Source: Epiperipatus broadwayi
Taxonomy: Eukaryota; Animalia; Onychophora
DNA length: 64,000 nt
Assembly (NCBI GenBank): GCA_028023455.1
Contig: JAQFVV010000002.1
Span: 12,462,001 to 12,526,000 of the forward strand
Reading direction: 5' to 3'
Each line of letters begins with the position of its first letter. Position 1 is the first letter of the stretch. Under the pieces are notes generated by a model, which had not been told where the DNA came from, ran no database searches, and worked only from the letters and a program-made list of their open reading frames with translations. The position numbers and the translations under genes are program-made. Shown in pieces: positions 61,522-64,000 of the stretch.

Positions 61522-64000
61522 TTTTTTTTGATTTTTATTAGTGATATAATCCAACATAACAAATAATTATGTGATTCTTTTAAAGTTTTTTATGATATGG
61601 GATATTCAAATATTGTCTAAGTAAATCGTATATGATTAAACATACAGAGCAATGAAGTAAGCAGACTTTTCTTATGGGATAGTAAGATTGTTTAACTATT
61701 AATGAATTTTATTTATTGTTTTGTAAATGCAGATAGTTATTTTATCGATGTAAGATGTAGAAAAATCTTAAGAAATAATATTGAGATAGTGGCTTGGAAG
61801 TACTATAGGGAACAGGAAACCAAGATGATGTATTTTTAAAATATAGGATGTTATAAGGAATGGAATAATATTTAGTTTTGTGTGAATATCAGCATAGTTA
61901 ACATAGCCCTATGACTGATACACATTTTATTTGGACAGTGTTTGTATTACTTTAAATATTGATGTTCTAATAAAGCTGAAGAAATAGCTTTAACATCGTC
62001 CCTGTACTAGAGGATATTAGGCAGATAAATGTCCTACCTCTTCGCACTGTACCATGATTTTGAGATATGTTAAGAATAATACTCTAGCTTTCTTCCTTAA
62101 TCCTATACATCTGTTTTCGCTATCCTTATTTTATGTAACTGCATTGTTTAGTAAGATATTTTAAGAGAAATGATAAATAATTTAGAACTAAGGTTGCGCT
62201 ATCGTTTTTTGTATAAGATTAGTTTAGTTGCTTATAAGGAGCAGAATATTATAACTTAGAATTGAAGATCCAAAGTATCCTGGGGAAAGAAAAGAATCAT
62301 AAAATATATTTTAAGTTTTATTTCGGAAATGAAATAGAAATTTTTTTAAACTAAGGTATCTGAACAAAAATATTTTCTTTAAAGTGATAATAATTTAAAT
62401 GCTTTAGTATTATTTTTTAAGAGAAAATAAGTATTGCATATTTTTGTTTTAAAATACAATAGTACAAAGTAGATTATGTAAACAATATGCATAGTATAAT
62501 TTTGTTTATTAATTAACAGAAATCTATTAATGATTAAACTTATATCATACTAAAGTAAGGCTTAAAGAAGAATATATTATGATTAGTAAACATTGTGTGA
62601 TAAATACTAAAATCTAGTACTGAATTTTGAATAATAGTTTATGTAACATCTTTGACTTTGCAAGATGAATTTTTAATATGTTGAGAAATCCATACTCATT
62701 CTAAAATTTTGTTTTCTATAGAATGTTTTTCTAAATATGAATTTTTTAAAATAGGATAGTTTAATAATATTAGAGATAAAATGCTGTTGCTAATGAAGTA
62801 GATAAATTTATTTGTAATAAGTTAAACATGATAAGAAACCAAATAATAATATTTTTAATTTTGTCCTAAATCTAAATAAAATATAATTGAGATATAAATT
62901 ATTTTTTTTATAAACAGGTAGATCAAACTGTAAAATAAAAAGGGTTAAGGATATCCACTGTAAATAATGTAAATAAATTGTTTAGTTATTTATTGTTAGT
63001 AATAAACTTTGTTAAATTTTGTTATTTAAAAAATTTTGTGTCAGAGTTATTTATTTCTCCACATTGCTGCATGAAAACACGATATATGCATAATAACTGA
63101 AACAAATATATAGTTTTGCACAAAAGATAAATAAAGAGTTATCTTAAGAATTTTAAATATTTTATTGGCATTCATTATAATTAAATAATCATAACATTAT
63201 TTATTGGTCATAAATTAGTTATCACAATATTATGTTAAATTATATGCTATCAATTGCCACACATATTTTGTTTGTTAGATTATTAAAATGCTGCCACATA
63301 TTTATTATATCATTACATGAAGCATATTATTATTGTTATTTATTATTATTAGTTTAAGTGTAGTAGATTATGACATAAAATCCCTTCTCATATTTTACTA
63401 CTGTATTTTAAAAAAAAAATAACTTAGAATAAATTTTATGAACCTGAGATTATTTTATTGAGCTAGATTATTATTAAATAGAAGATTAAGATTTGATTAT
63501 TAGTTTAGTCTTAGTGAGTGGAAGTAATTAAAGTCATAAGAATACTATGAGTTTGTTATTTGAAATAGTAATAAAGGGGGGATAGTGTTCTTATGCCATT
63601 GAGGTAGTATTCTGTGGAATATTGGCTCAATGTAATCTATCTTGTCACCTATATTTTCACTTCACATCTCATGAAACTGTTAAATATTTATTTAATTTTT
63701 TATAAATTGAACCTTATTCGAATATTAAAAATGAGCTAGTGAAATATTAATTTTAGTACTGAATATTTCAGTTATTAATTATTAACTGAGATAGAACCCG
63801 TTTTATTTTATATTTTATATTATCTGGAAGTGAAGATGCAGAAGCACAAGATCAGAATATATATATATATTCACAAGATTTCAAATCCTTTCACTGCCAC
63901 TGGTGGATACCTGGTTTTCCTTCATTCAAATTTTAATATCCTTAATCTCAAACTATACCTCAGAGAATAAAGGCCCATCATCACTTCTAATGGAACCTGA

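Noticed and set aside
1-64000. CRISPR arrays, rRNA genes and the remaining short ORFs in the supplied track
   Set aside because: No regularly spaced repeat-spacer array or rRNA signature was seen. The other short ORFs are low-complexity AT-rich frames or transposon fragments.

Overview
Very AT-rich, strongly CpG-depleted animal (probably invertebrate) nuclear DNA, mostly decayed transposons. The only intact long ORF is an intronless cytosolic HSP70 (13871-15763, +), which starts 416 bp downstream of a hAT transposon that retains both termini (9330-13454, 8-bp TSD). The rest contains RTE, L1/Tx1 and other LINE remnants, a tRNA-Gly-derived SINE family (5 copies), a Tc1/mariner-like remnant, an apparently identical 438-bp tandem duplication and a CpG-containing promoter-like region near 59.2-59.6 kb. 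The most notable signal is a hammerhead-ribozyme (HHR) retroelement system. There is one apparently intact minimal type I hammerhead on the minus strand (37231-37287). Its decayed relatives show compensatory base changes. A second HHR-like family sits in Penelope-like element (PLE) tails. At least seven PLE/HHR-derived inverted repeats share one polarity (3' ends pointing outward). Everything was read by eye without alignment tools, so boundaries of decayed repeats are approximate. Ribozyme activity is predicted, not shown.
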